Source of the DNA: Rhodothermales bacterium
GTDB lineage: Bacteria; Bacteroidota; Rhodothermia; Rhodothermales; Bin80
DNA length: 64,000 nucleotides
Assembly: GCA_963663495.1 (NCBI GenBank)
Contig: OY760427.1
Coordinates: 5,119,690-5,183,689, forward strand
Direction of reading: 5' to 3'
In this document: positions 46,281 to 56,023 of the stretch, piece by piece
Layout: every line of letters begins with the position of its first letter
Numbering within the stretch: position 1 is the first letter of the stretch
Position numbers and translations under genes: made by a program
The notes under the pieces: generated by a model
The model's database searches: none
The model's input: the letters and a program-made list of their open reading frames with translations, nothing else
What the model was told of the DNA's origin: nothing

Positions 46281-48641
46281 GTGAGAGTGCAAAAATGCTA
46301 TCTTGTCGGGGTTGAATATACCGGAATTGCCATGGTTGGTGTTACTCATGAGGCGGCGGTAAAATCTTGCTGCATATGGTTGATTATGGCAGCTGGAGGA
46401 TTCTGGACCTTGGAAGGACATTCCCAGGCGATCACTGCTGCGGACTATGAGCATGCGCAGTCTTTCCTGTCGGCCACGGTCAACCCGCTGGTTTATAACG
46501 ATGATGTACGCCCCCGCTGGTTGGAAGATGATCGGTTCTGGTATGCAAACATAACCCGCTCGGGTACGCAGTACGTACTGATAGATCCAACAGGCGCAAG
46601 CCGTGCCCCGCTATTCGACCACGAGGGGATGGCAGCATCCTTGTCCCGGGTGTTGGAGATGGATATTGAGTCACAGGGACTCCCTCGGCTGGTTAGATAT
46701 TCTGATGGCATGCTGACGTTTGATGAGTATGGGGAGCGGGTGGTGTGCGACGCGGAAGAACTGACATGTGCATTAGCCCAGAGCAGCTCTGAGACGGTTC
46801 CTTACTCCACCAAGTCACCGGACGGCAGGCATGCGGCATTCATTCGCGACCATAACCTGTGGGTACGGCATCTTGCTACGGGCACGGAGATCCAACTCAC
46901 CACTGATGGCGAAGAAGGCTACGGGTATGCTACCAACAACGCCGGTTGGGTACGTAGCAGGAGGCCGGTACTACTGTGGTCCCCGGATTCTCAAAAGATA
47001 GCTACGTTTCAGCATGATGGGCGGGGAGTAGGCGAAATGTACACCGTATCTACGCGCGTAGGCCACCCGCAGCTTGACAGATGGCGCTATCCACTCGTCG
47101 GCGACAGTCTGATTTTTCGCATCGCGCGCGTGGTAGTCCATTTGGAAGGGCCTCATGTGGTTCGCCTGGACATGCCGGCTGATCCTCACCGAAGCACTAC
47201 CACCGATCATGTAGCGAATTGGCAGGGGCAATTTCTTGATGTACAATGGAGCCCTGACTCCGAGGCGCTTGCGTTCATATCAAGTTCCCGTGACCACAAG
47301 AACGCCACTCTTCGGCTGGCCGATGCAGCGTCGGGGAGCGTGCGGGAGGTGCTGGCCGAGCATGCTCCGACGTATTACGAGTCTGGCATAGATGCGGAAA
47401 ATTGGCGCGTTCTTTTTGGCTCCGACGAGGTGCTCTGGTTCTCCGAAAGAGACGATTGGGGACACCTGTACCTTTACGACCTCAAGAGCGGAGCATTGAA
47501 AGACCGTGTTACGGAGGGCGAATGGGCTGTCCAGCAGGTTGTGCGTTTGGATGATGAATCGCGCTATGTGTACTTCAATGCTGGGGGGCGAGACGGGCCT
47601 GACCCCTATTACCATTCTCTCTACCGCGTCCATCTTGACAGTGGCGCTGTAGCATTGCTTACTCCGGAAACTGCGCACCATACAGCATCTTTCAGTCCAT
47701 CAGGCCGGTTCTTTGTGGACCGATTCTCCACACCATCGGTGCCTCCTACAGCTGTCGTGCGGCGCGGTGATGGTACGTACGTAATGGAGTTGGAAACCGC
47801 TGACATTGCGGACTTGGAGGCAGCGGGATGGCAGCCCCCGCAGTCCGTGGTTGTGAAGGCGCGGGACGGCCAAACGGATCTGTACGGGCTTCTGTACAAC
47901 CCTACCCGTCTGGATTCCACGCGCTCGTACCCCATACTGAACTATATCTATCCCGGTCCCCAGTCCGGGAGCGTGGGAAGCCGCTCATTTCGTGCGGCTC
48001 GCGGAGATAAGCAGGCTGTGGCAGAGCTGGGCTTTGTCGTTGTTGAAGTAGATGCGATGGGGACGCCGGGGCGTTCCAAATCGTTTCATGACGCCTATTA
48101 CGGACAGATGGGAGACAACGGCATCCCCGACCAGATTACCGCGATTCAACAATTGGCCGCATCTCGTCCCTGGATGGATCTGGAGCGCGTTGGCATCTGG
48201 GGGCATTCCGGGGGCGGGTTTGCCTCGACCGGTGCCATCTTACGATTTCCGGACTTTTACAAGGTTGCGGTGTCCGGCGCGGGCAATCATGACAACCGTA
48301 ACTACGAGGATGACTGGGGTGAAAAATGGCATGGGCTCCTAGAGACCTATCCTGATGGAACAACGAACTACGACAGCCAGGCCAACCATCTTCTTGCGGC
48401 CAACCTGGAGGGAAAACTTCTGCTGGCCCACGGGATGCTGGATGACAATGTCCCTGCGTCCAATACCTTGTTGATGGTGGATGCTCTGATCAAGGCAAAC
48501 AAGGACTTTGATCTGGTGATCTTCCCGAATGCAAACCACGGTTTATTTCCTGCGCGGACATACTGGATGCGCAAACGATGGGACTACTTTGTCCGCCACT
48601 TGCACGGCACGGAGCCCCCGAAGGAGTTTGCCTTCAATTAG
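46281..48641 (+). CDS. S9B-family serine peptidase (dipeptidyl-peptidase IV-like)
   Basis: Beta-propeller-type N-terminal region plus a hydrolase domain with the nucleophile elbow GIWGHSGGGF, then LLAHGMLDDNV and NANHG. The start is uncertain (46281, 46332 or 46386). Confidence 0.85.
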   Translation: MRVQKCYLVGVEYTGIAMVGVTHEAAVKSCCIWLIMAAGGFWTLEGHSQAITAADYEHAQSFLSATVNPLVYNDDVRPRWLEDDRFWYANITRSGTQYVLIDPTGASRAPLFDHEGMAASLSRVLEMDIESQGLPRLVRYSDGMLTFDEYGERVVCDAEELTCALAQSSSETVPYSTKSPDGRHAAFIRDHNLWVRHLATGTEIQLTTDGEEGYGYATNNAGWVRSRRPVLLWSPDSQKIATFQHDGRGVGEMYTVSTRVGHPQLDRWRYPLVGDSLIFRIARVVVHLEGPHVVRLDMPADPHRSTTTDHVANWQGQFLDVQWSPDSEALAFISSSRDHKNATLRLADAASGSVREVLAEHAPTYYESGIDAENWRVLFGSDEVLWFSERDDWGHLYLYDLKSGALKDRVTEGEWAVQQVVRLDDESRYVYFNAGGRDGPDPYYHSLYRVHLDSGAVALLTPETAHHTASFSPSGRFFVDRFSTPSVPPTAVVRRGDGTYVMELETADIADLEAAGWQPPQSVVVKARDGQTDLYGLLYNPTRLDSTRSYPILNYIYPGPQSGSVGSRSFRAARGDKQAVAELGFVVVEVDAMGTPGRSKSFHDAYYGQMGDNGIPDQITAIQQLAASRPWMDLERVGIWGHSGGGFASTGAILRFPDFYKVAVSGAGNHDNRNYEDDWGEKWHGLLETYPDGTTNYDSQANHLLAANLEGKLLLAHGMLDDNVPASNTLLMVDALIKANKDFDLVIFPNANHGLFPARTYWMRKRWDYFVRHLHGTEPPKEFAFN

Positions 48642-48675
48642 TTGGGATGCGTGCGTCGTTGTCAGATGAGGAAGG

Positions 48676-50382
48676 ATGTTCAGGGCGCTGCTAACGGCCG
48701 TGCTGGTCGTGTGGTGTGGTTGCACACCTGTGAACCGCTACGACCTTATCCTCCGAGGTGGGATGATCTACGACGGGAGTGGGGCGCCCCCATTCATAGC
48801 CGATGTCGGTGTCCGTGGATTGCGCGTCGCCGCGGTGGGTGACCTGGCAGGTGCACATGCCGATACAGTGCTTGATGTATCGGGCCTTGCCGTCAGCCCT
48901 GGCTTCATAAATATGCTCAGTTGGGCTCCGCTGTCCTTGATCCGGGATGGGAGGTCCGAGAGCGATATCCGCCAGGGAATTACATTGGAGCTGTTTGGTG
49001 AAGGTCAGTCAATGGGCCCGCTGAATGCTGCAATGAAATCGGAGGTACTCCGCGGACTCGTGGAGTACCTTGGCGGAGACGATGCTTACCGGGCTGCAAC
49101 CGGCAGGGAGCCGGTTACCCTGCCGTGGACAACGCTCAGGGAGTATCTGGATTTTCTGGTTACTAAAGGGGTGGCGCCAAACGTTGCGTCCATGGTGGGC
49201 GCTACTACGGTTCGCGAACACGAGTTAGGGCACGAGAACCGCCAGCCGAGCCCCGCCGAGCTGCGTCGGATGCAGGAGCACGTTGCTGCCGCCATGGCGG
49301 ATGGAGCAATGGGATTGGGCGCTTCCCTGATTTATGCGCCGGCATTTTATGCCGAGACCGAAGAACTGGTGGCCCTCAGCACGGTGATTTCATCGTACGA
49401 TGGCTTGGTGACCGCGCATATCCGCAGTGAAGGAAATAAGTTGTTAGAATCTGTTGACGAACTGATTACGATTGCCCGAGAGGCGGATGTTCGCGCTGAA
49501 ATTTACCATCTGAAGGCCGCAGGACAGTCGAACTGGGGAAAGCTGGATTCCGTGGTAGCCCATGTGGAGGCGGCCAGAGCAGAGGGCCTTGCCATCACAG
49601 CCGACATGTACACGTATACTGCCGCTGCTACAGGATTCGATGCGGCCATGCCGCCGGAGGTACAGGAAGGGGGCTTTGGCGCCTGGCGGATGCGGCTTCA
49701 GGATCCTGCTACGCGCGACCGATTGGAGCAGGAGATGAATACGCCGACCGACGCGTGGGAGAATCTATATCTGGCAGCGGGTGCGGATAATATTCTGTTG
49801 GGTGGCTTCCGGAGCAGCGAGCTACGACCGCTTGTGGGAAGGACCCTGGCAGATGTGGCGGCCGAACGCGGGACATCACCGGCGGCTACAGCCATGGACT
49901 TGGTTGTGGAAGACAGCAGCCGGGTGGATGTAGTGTTTTTTGTGATGGCGGAAGAGAACATCCGCAACAAGTTGCGTCTTCCTTGGGTCAGCCTCGGAAC
50001 GGATGCTCCGTCGATGGCCACTGAGGGGGCGTTTCTTGAGAGCAATCCTCATCCGCGAGCGTATGGTGCGTTTCCACGGCTCTTGGGCAAGTACGTTCGC
50101 GATGAAGGCATTCTTTCGCTTGCGGAAGCGATCCGTCGCATAACGTCATTGCCGGCGGATAATCTTGCGATTGACGGTCGGGGAAGGCTGGTTGAGGGTC
50201 ATTACGCAGACATCGCCGTATTTGACACTGCAGAAATCCGGGACCGCGCCACCTACGAAGCGCCGCATCAGTACTCCACGGGCATGGTACATGTGCTTAT
50301 AAACGGCACGCTGGTGCTTCTGGATGGCGACCATACCGGTGCGCTGCCCGGCCGGGTTGTGCTGGGCCCCGGCGCGGAGTAA
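48676..50382 (+). CDS. N-acyl-D-amino-acid deacylase (D-aminoacylase) family amidohydrolase
   Basis: N-terminus DLILRGGMIYDGSGAPPFIADVGVRG..V.AVGDL. The length and C-terminal ...DIAVFD... are typical of the family. Lipoprotein-like signal (VVWCGC). Confidence 0.8.
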   Translation: MFRALLTAVLVVWCGCTPVNRYDLILRGGMIYDGSGAPPFIADVGVRGLRVAAVGDLAGAHADTVLDVSGLAVSPGFINMLSWAPLSLIRDGRSESDIRQGITLELFGEGQSMGPLNAAMKSEVLRGLVEYLGGDDAYRAATGREPVTLPWTTLREYLDFLVTKGVAPNVASMVGATTVREHELGHENRQPSPAELRRMQEHVAAAMADGAMGLGASLIYAPAFYAETEELVALSTVISSYDGLVTAHIRSEGNKLLESVDELITIAREADVRAEIYHLKAAGQSNWGKLDSVVAHVEAARAEGLAITADMYTYTAAATGFDAAMPPEVQEGGFGAWRMRLQDPATRDRLEQEMNTPTDAWENLYLAAGADNILLGGFRSSELRPLVGRTLADVAAERGTSPAATAMDLVVEDSSRVDVVFFVMAEENIRNKLRLPWVSLGTDAPSMATEGAFLESNPHPRAYGAFPRLLGKYVRDEGILSLAEAIRRITSLPADNLAIDGRGRLVEGHYADIAVFDTAEIRDRATYEAPHQYSTGMVHVLINGTLVLLDGDHTGALPGRVVLGPGAE

Positions 50383-50449
50383 TAGTTTGTAGCATTTTGA
50401 TGAATATTGTCTCAGCGCCCGAGGCGTGCTAGCAGAATCGTAGCTCATC

Positions 50450-51994
50450 ATGGCCGATAGGCAAGAAGCATTACAAACACTGCGCGAGGAAGCACGCCTT
50501 GGTGGTGGAGCGGCGAGGATGGCGCGGCAGCATGCACAGGGCAAGCTCACCGCGAGAGAGCGCGTGGAGGTGTTGTTGGACGATGACTCCTTTGAGGAGA
50601 TTGGGATGTTCGTTCGACACCAGTGCCACGACTTTGGCCTGCAGGGCAACCGGCCCTTAGGCGATGGTGTGGTAACAGGCCACGGTCTGATCAACGGGCG
50701 CACGGTGTTTGTGTATAGCCAGGATTTTACTGTATTGGGAGGCTCCCTCGGCAGGGCACATGCGGATAAGATTGTCAACATCATGCGCATGGCACTCAAT
50801 ACGGGTGCACCTATCGTGGGCTTGAATGATTCAGGAGGGGCCCGGATTCAGGAGGGTGTCGTCTCGCTCGGGGGGTACGCAGACATTTTTCTGCTCAACA
50901 CGGTGGCTTCCGGGGTGGTACCGCAGATTTCGGCGGTGCTAGGACCGTGTGCCGGCGGGGCAGTGTATAGCCCGGCGATCATGGACTTGGTATTCATGGT
51001 AAAAGGCAGCAGTTACATGTTCGTCACTGGACCGGAGGTGGTTCGCACGGTTACACAGGAGGATGTGACGCTTGAGGAGTTGGGTGGTGCGAGCACGCAC
51101 GCGACGAAGAGCGGCGTTGCCCACGTAGCGTGCGAGAACGATGTCGCATGCCTGATGCGTATCCGTGAGGCGTTGCGGTATCTGCCACAGAATTGTGATG
51201 AGTTGCCTCCGGCGTGGCAAACTGGCGATCTGGTATCCAGGGCAGACCCTGCCCTGGATACCCTGGTGCCGAAAAATGCGAACAAGCCCTATGACATGAG
51301 GACTGTGATCCTGTCAGTGGTTGATGAGGGACGCTTTTTTGAGATTCACAAAGAGTACGCACAGAACATTCTTTGTGGCTTCGCCAGTCTTGGTGGGCAG
51401 TCAGTAGGAATCGTGGCCAACCAGCCAGCGATCCTGGCTGGTGTGTTGGATATTGACGCGTCCGTCAAAGGCGCGCGCTTTGTTCGGTTTTGCGACGCCT
51501 TCAATGTACCCTTGCTGGTGTTTGAGGATGTACCAGGATTCTTGCCGGGCACCGATCAGGAATGGCGGGGCATTATCAGGCATGGTGCAAAATTGCTTTA
51601 TGCATTCTGCGAAGCGACCGTACCACGCGTAACCGTCATTACCCGCAAGGCATATGGTGGAGCATATGATGTAATGAACTCAAAGCATATCCGCGGTGAC
51701 GTAAGCTTTGCGTGGCCCACGGCGGAAATCGCCGTAATGGGACCACAAGGGGCCGTTGAAATCATCCACCGAAAGCAGCTGGCAGCAGCCAATGATCGTG
51801 AAGCTGCAATACGAGATTTTGCCAAGGAGTATAAGAGCGCGTTTGCAAATCCCTACATAGCGGCGGAATACGGCTATGTGGACGATGTTATCCTACCGCG
51901 GGAAACCAGGCAACGATTGATCCGCAGTCTGGCGATGCTTCGCAATAAAGCTGTGCGAAATCCGAAAAAGAAACACGGCAATATGCCGCTATAA
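50450..51994 (+). CDS. Acyl-CoA carboxylase carboxyltransferase (beta) subunit (propionyl-CoA carboxylase / methylmalonyl-CoA carboxyltransferase type)
   Basis: [31 protein letters not shown] and [13 protein letters not shown] motifs. Confidence 0.9.
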   Translation: MADRQEALQTLREEARLGGGAARMARQHAQGKLTARERVEVLLDDDSFEEIGMFVRHQCHDFGLQGNRPLGDGVVTGHGLINGRTVFVYSQDFTVLGGSLGRAHADKIVNIMRMALNTGAPIVGLNDSGGARIQEGVVSLGGYADIFLLNTVASGVVPQISAVLGPCAGGAVYSPAIMDLVFMVKGSSYMFVTGPEVVRTVTQEDVTLEELGGASTHATKSGVAHVACENDVACLMRIREALRYLPQNCDELPPAWQTGDLVSRADPALDTLVPKNANKPYDMRTVILSVVDEGRFFEIHKEYAQNILCGFASLGGQSVGIVANQPAILAGVLDIDASVKGARFVRFCDAFNVPLLVFEDVPGFLPGTDQEWRGIIRHGAKLLYAFCEATVPRVTVITRKAYGGAYDVMNSKHIRGDVSFAWPTAEIAVMGPQGAVEIIHRKQLAAANDREAAIRDFAKEYKSAFANPYIAAEYGYVDDVILPRETRQRLIRSLAMLRNKAVRNPKKKHGNMPL

Positions 51995-52115
51995 TGAGCA
52001 AATGGAAGGGATTGCGTGCAAAAATGTGGATAAAGTGTGCATTATTTACGATCTTTGGCACCGCTAGGTAGCACCCTCTTTTCTTCGGATTCCGGTTAAT
52101 ATTGACCCTTCGACC

Positions 52116-54248
52116 ATGACATTTAAGCGAACAAGCTGTCTAATTATTGCGGTTGCGTGCTTTGGTGTTTCTCTCTGTCTTGGGCAGGAGAGCACTAGGA
52201 TAGCACCTGCGCTTGGCATCATACCGACGGAGTCCTTGAAGGGCTACGATCATTATTTGCTCCAGCAGGACCTTGAAGGGTCTGCTTTGACGCGGCAGCA
52301 AGTTGAGCTCCGCATCGCCCGTATTTACGAGTACCAGTCAGATGTATTAACGGCGTTGGCCTATGGTGATAACGTGAAGGCGGGAGCAATTCTGGACCGG
52401 GCAATGCTTTCTTTGGAGCGGCTTGCGTCGCGCCGCAGGCTTCACCAGGATGTGCGGTTCCAGGAGTTGTATCGTTCCGTCGTTATTGAGTACGAGCGCC
52501 ATTTTGGATCGATTGACCTTGCAATGGAAGAGGTCCGTAAGTTGAGGCCGCTGTTTTTCCTGGATGCGGTTGCCATCAGTGAGCCGGAAGTTGAAGACCG
52601 CCCTCCTATGCGAGCGGTTGGCGCGCCCCTGCAAACGCGGGTTCCTATGCCGCTAAACAGCCGCGTGCGCAGTACGATTACTTGGTTCTTGCAGAACAGG
52701 AGGTCAAACCTTGAGCGCTGGATGACACGGGCGGACACATACTTCCCCATGATGTCCAAGATCTTCGCAGAAGAGGGACTGCCGGATGAATTGAAGTATT
52801 TGTCTGCAGTAGAGAGTGCCCTTCAACCTGCCGTTGTCAGCTCTGCCAAAGCGGTAGGTCTTTGGCAGTTCATGAGTGCAACCGGCAAGGCCTACGATTT
52901 GAAGATAGATTCCTGGGTTGATGAGCGGATGGATCCGGAAAAAGCTACGCGCGCTGCTGCGAAGCACCTGAAGGATCTGTACCGGATGTATGGCAATGAT
53001 TGGCATGTCGCCATGGCAGGATATAACTGCAGTCCACGATGTATCCAGCGCGCCATTCGTCGGGCCGGGGGGTCCATGAAAAACATCCCCTCCTATTGGG
53101 ACTTTTTGCGCTACCTCCCCCGGGAGACGCAGGGATACTTGCCGCAATACATTGCTGTGGCTCACATAATGTCGAATCCTGAGCAGTACGGGTTGGCAAA
53201 TGCGCCGATTGGTCAGCCACTGGCTTTTGAGATGGTTACAATTCGGGGCGGGATGGATCTGGCAGAGTTGGCGAGGCTTGCAGGGACGGACGAGGAGACA
53301 CTTCAGGCGCTCAACAGCGAACTGAAGCGAGGTAGTACGCCGCCGGGTAGAGCAGAATATCAGTTGCGGCTACCCCCAAACCATGCTGAGCAATTCAAGG
53401 CTTCCCTAGCGGGTTTGCCGCAGGAATTCGTTTCGGCAGCGAAGTCCATCCGGTACCGGGTTCGCCGGGGAGACTCGCTCGGGCGTATCGCAGAAGCGCA
53501 CGGGGTAACCGTGCAGGATTTGCGATCACATAACGAGTTCCGGGGCTCAGTTATACATCCGGGGCAGATACTGGAGATTCCGCCAATGAGTGGCAGCAAC
53601 TTTGTCGCACTTGTAGATCCTACTGTGCGAACGGTCAATTACGGTACGCGGGAGATAAGCCCGCTGATTCACGATCCTATCGTAGTACAGCCAACGAACC
53701 GGCAAACCGTGCCTGCTGTGCCTGCAAGGCTAAGCGCATCCCAGAGCGTAACTTCTTCGAAATCCGACCAGCGTTCAACCCAAGCTATAACCGAGGAATC
53801 GACTACCGTTCATATTGTGCGCAGGGGCGAGACGCTGGGGAATCTGGCCCGGCAGTACGGTACGTCTGTACGTAATCTGCAGAACTGGAATAATTTGCGA
53901 GGAACGCGGATCAGGGTAGGGCAGCGACTGAATGTACGTGGCAATTCAAGCCGCGTTGTGCATACGGTACGTCGTGGAGAGACATTAGGCAAACTGGCCG
54001 ACCAATATGGGACCAGCGTGCGTAGCATCCAAAACTGGAATAATCTGCGTGGGACCAGGATACGTGTGGGACAGCATCTGACGATACGTGCAAACACCCA
54101 AGCAGAGAAGATTCATGTTGTGCGTCGTGGGGAGTCTTTGTCTCGCATTGCGCAGCGCTACGGAGCGTCAGTCAACAGCATTCGTGATGTGAACGGTCTT
54201 CGCAGCTCCGTCATTCATCCAGGCCAGCGTCTGATGATTCCCCAATAG
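52116..54248 (+). CDS. Membrane-bound lytic murein transglycosylase D-like protein with four LysM domains
   Basis: The SLT domain shows AVESALQP...AKAVGLWQFM..TG..Y. The C-terminal half holds four LysM repeats of the form (Y/H)xVRRG(D/E)(S/T)LxxIAxxYG. Confidence 0.85.
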   Translation: MTFKRTSCLIIAVACFGVSLCLGQESTRIAPALGIIPTESLKGYDHYLLQQDLEGSALTRQQVELRIARIYEYQSDVLTALAYGDNVKAGAILDRAMLSLERLASRRRLHQDVRFQELYRSVVIEYERHFGSIDLAMEEVRKLRPLFFLDAVAISEPEVEDRPPMRAVGAPLQTRVPMPLNSRVRSTITWFLQNRRSNLERWMTRADTYFPMMSKIFAEEGLPDELKYLSAVESALQPAVVSSAKAVGLWQFMSATGKAYDLKIDSWVDERMDPEKATRAAAKHLKDLYRMYGNDWHVAMAGYNCSPRCIQRAIRRAGGSMKNIPSYWDFLRYLPRETQGYLPQYIAVAHIMSNPEQYGLANAPIGQPLAFEMVTIRGGMDLAELARLAGTDEETLQALNSELKRGSTPPGRAEYQLRLPPNHAEQFKASLAGLPQEFVSAAKSIRYRVRRGDSLGRIAEAHGVTVQDLRSHNEFRGSVIHPGQILEIPPMSGSNFVALVDPTVRTVNYGTREISPLIHDPIVVQPTNRQTVPAVPARLSASQSVTSSKSDQRSTQAITEESTTVHIVRRGETLGNLARQYGTSVRNLQNWNNLRGTRIRVGQRLNVRGNSSRVVHTVRRGETLGKLADQYGTSVRSIQNWNNLRGTRIRVGQHLTIRANTQAEKIHVVRRGESLSRIAQRYGASVNSIRDVNGLRSSVIHPGQRLMIPQ

Positions 54249-54348
54249 CTGTCGTGCTCAAACCCGATTTACGGTAGTAGCGGGTGACCGAGGGGATTGC
54301 CTTCAGGATTTTATTGGCTCGCTCAATAAGCCAGCCGTGACGGAGAAA

Positions 54349-55383
54349 TCACGCAGAGGCGGCTTTCAGGCAGTCTCCAGAGCACAATGCCGTTGGAGCG
54401 TAGTGCCGGATGAAACTGAAATGAGCATCTCTTTGCGGTTGTACCGTCGACACATCGTCTAGGGAGACGACTACTGTTCCTCCGCAGCATTTTCCATGTT
54501 CACGTCCTCTGGCAAATGCCAGGGGAGATTGATTGGCCGCGGCCTTCGGCAATCGGCTTGCGCAATGCTCGGACAGTTGCGTGCAGACGATGCGCGCCTT
54601 GGGGCACAGGCGGCGGAGTAGCCGAACCGTTTCAGGACTAGGAGTGGAATACACTCCGCGCCCAATTGAAAAGATCACAAGCTCGGGTTTAACTTCTTTC
54701 AGCAAATTTTCCATGTAACATTGCAGATCACTCCCCGCACGTGGCGGACAACCATGGTGCGGATAGACCAAAATTGGAGCATTAAGGTCTGGTGAGCGCC
54801 TCAGCAGTTCGTAGAGGCCTACGTCATCCATGTCCCCTGGTAGCAAAGCAATCTTGGACGAATTAACTGAGACAGCTAGAATAGCACTAACCGAGTTTGT
54901 GCGTACTTTCGATCCAGACTTGAGCGTGCTGCCAGGGCCTTTGCCTGCCAGATACCGACTGGGACCTACAACGTCAATGGACACATGGCCATCAAGCATT
55001 TCTGAATGACCTGACACTAGACCCAACTTGAATTCAAGTGATCCAGCGTGATGCGCTCTATCAAGCTCATAGAGCAGGTCGTCCCATACCTCCGTGTTTT
55101 TTGAGTCGCTATTAACAATAACGCGACCGATTGTTATGGCTTGGGTAGCAAGAATACCCGCTAGTGCACCTATATGATCTGCATCAGCGTGTGAGAGATA
55201 AACTGTGCGGATATGTGTGATTTTCTGCTGATTAAGGAATTCCGATAACGTGCTTTGCCGTCCTACGTCCACTACAACAACGCTATCTTCGCCAGCAATA
55301 ATTACGGTACTGTTGCCATGCCCAACATCCAAGAAACAAATGTGTCGGCGTAGTGGCATCGCAAGATTCACTGTGTTTCCCAT
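54349..55383 (-). CDS. ComEC/Rec2-type metallo-beta-lactamase-fold hydrolase (putative nuclease), last gene of the island operon
   Basis: ICFLDVGHGNSTVI followed by VYLSHADADHIGAL (H65-x-D67-x-D69-H70) matches the ComEC-type MBL pattern. A Cys-rich C-terminal ~80 aa follows. The start overlaps, or nearly abuts, the upstream gene. Confidence 0.7.
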   Translation of the reverse strand: MGNTVNLAMPLRRHICFLDVGHGNSTVIIAGEDSVVVVDVGRQSTLSEFLNQQKITHIRTVYLSHADADHIGALAGILATQAITIGRVIVNSDSKNTEVWDDLLYELDRAHHAGSLEFKLGLVSGHSEMLDGHVSIDVVGPSRYLAGKGPGSTLKSGSKVRTNSVSAILAVSVNSSKIALLPGDMDDVGLYELLRRSPDLNAPILVYPHHGCPPRAGSDLQCYMENLLKEVKPELVIFSIGRGVYSTPSPETVRLLRRLCPKARIVCTQLSEHCASRLPKAAANQSPLAFARGREHGKCCGGTVVVSLDDVSTVQPQRDAHFSFIRHYAPTALCSGDCLKAASA

Positions 55384-56021
55384 TCGTCAAAGTACAAGTC
55401 GCGGGCCTCTTCAGCTCCCGTATTCACTAGGGCGTGAAAGCGCCGGCCAGGCTCTACCAGCTTCGCGACATTAGCCGGCAAGTAGTCAATGTAGATCGGC
55501 ACTCTGATTCGTACGCTCCAAGCTGGAACCACCGCGTAGAAACACTCATGGTCTTCGTCAACATCGTCCACCCGGACGAGCGTTCGCCAGGGCTTGCGTG
55601 AGGACTGAATGTTGCCGGCCAATTCCTGTCCAGACTGTTCTAATGCATGCTTAAGGCTGCTAGGATCTAGAACTGTTGTTCTAAGGACTCTGGGAATGAA
55701 TCTCAAACAGTCTCGCCTAATCGGGACGGGATCAATGCTGGTGACTAGGACGCCGGGGACGCCAGCGCGATAACATTGCCTTAGGATCTCATCGCCATTG
55801 CACGGTGCGTAACTGCGTTTCTTAAGGTGGTAATCGCATAATATGGCGTCATTTGGCTGAATTGTAGTAACGAAGCTCTGAATGTCAGGACCTGGGAATC
55901 GGTCAATCTCCTTGGGAGTAAGCTCCATGTCTTCAATGACAAGTGTGAAGGCCTCCCTTGCCAGTGGTTCGTCATCAACGATCAGGATTCGATCTATTGA
56001 TTGGCTCTTTGACTTCAGCAT
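55368..56021 (-). CDS. Receiver (REC)-domain protein with an uncharacterised ~90-aa C-terminal domain
   Basis: RILIVDDEPLAREAF supplies the acidic pair D16/D17. AILCDYHL supplies the putative phospho-acceptor D63. GVLVTS supplies T94/S95. I see no DNA-binding output domain. Confidence 0.65.
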   Translation of the reverse strand: MLKSKSQSIDRILIVDDEPLAREAFTLVIEDMELTPKEIDRFPGPDIQSFVTTIQPNDAILCDYHLKKRSYAPCNGDEILRQCYRAGVPGVLVTSIDPVPIRRDCLRFIPRVLRTTVLDPSSLKHALEQSGQELAGNIQSSRKPWRTLVRVDDVDEDHECFYAVVPAWSVRIRVPIYIDYLPANVAKLVEPGRRFHALVNTGAEEARDLYFDEWETQ

Positions 56022-56023
56022 TT

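Noticed and set aside
53809-54090. Two very similar adjacent LysM modules, considered as a recent duplication or mobile repeat
   Set aside because: The protein sequences are similar, but the DNA differs at many synonymous positions. This is an old, ordinary domain duplication within the MltD-like gene.
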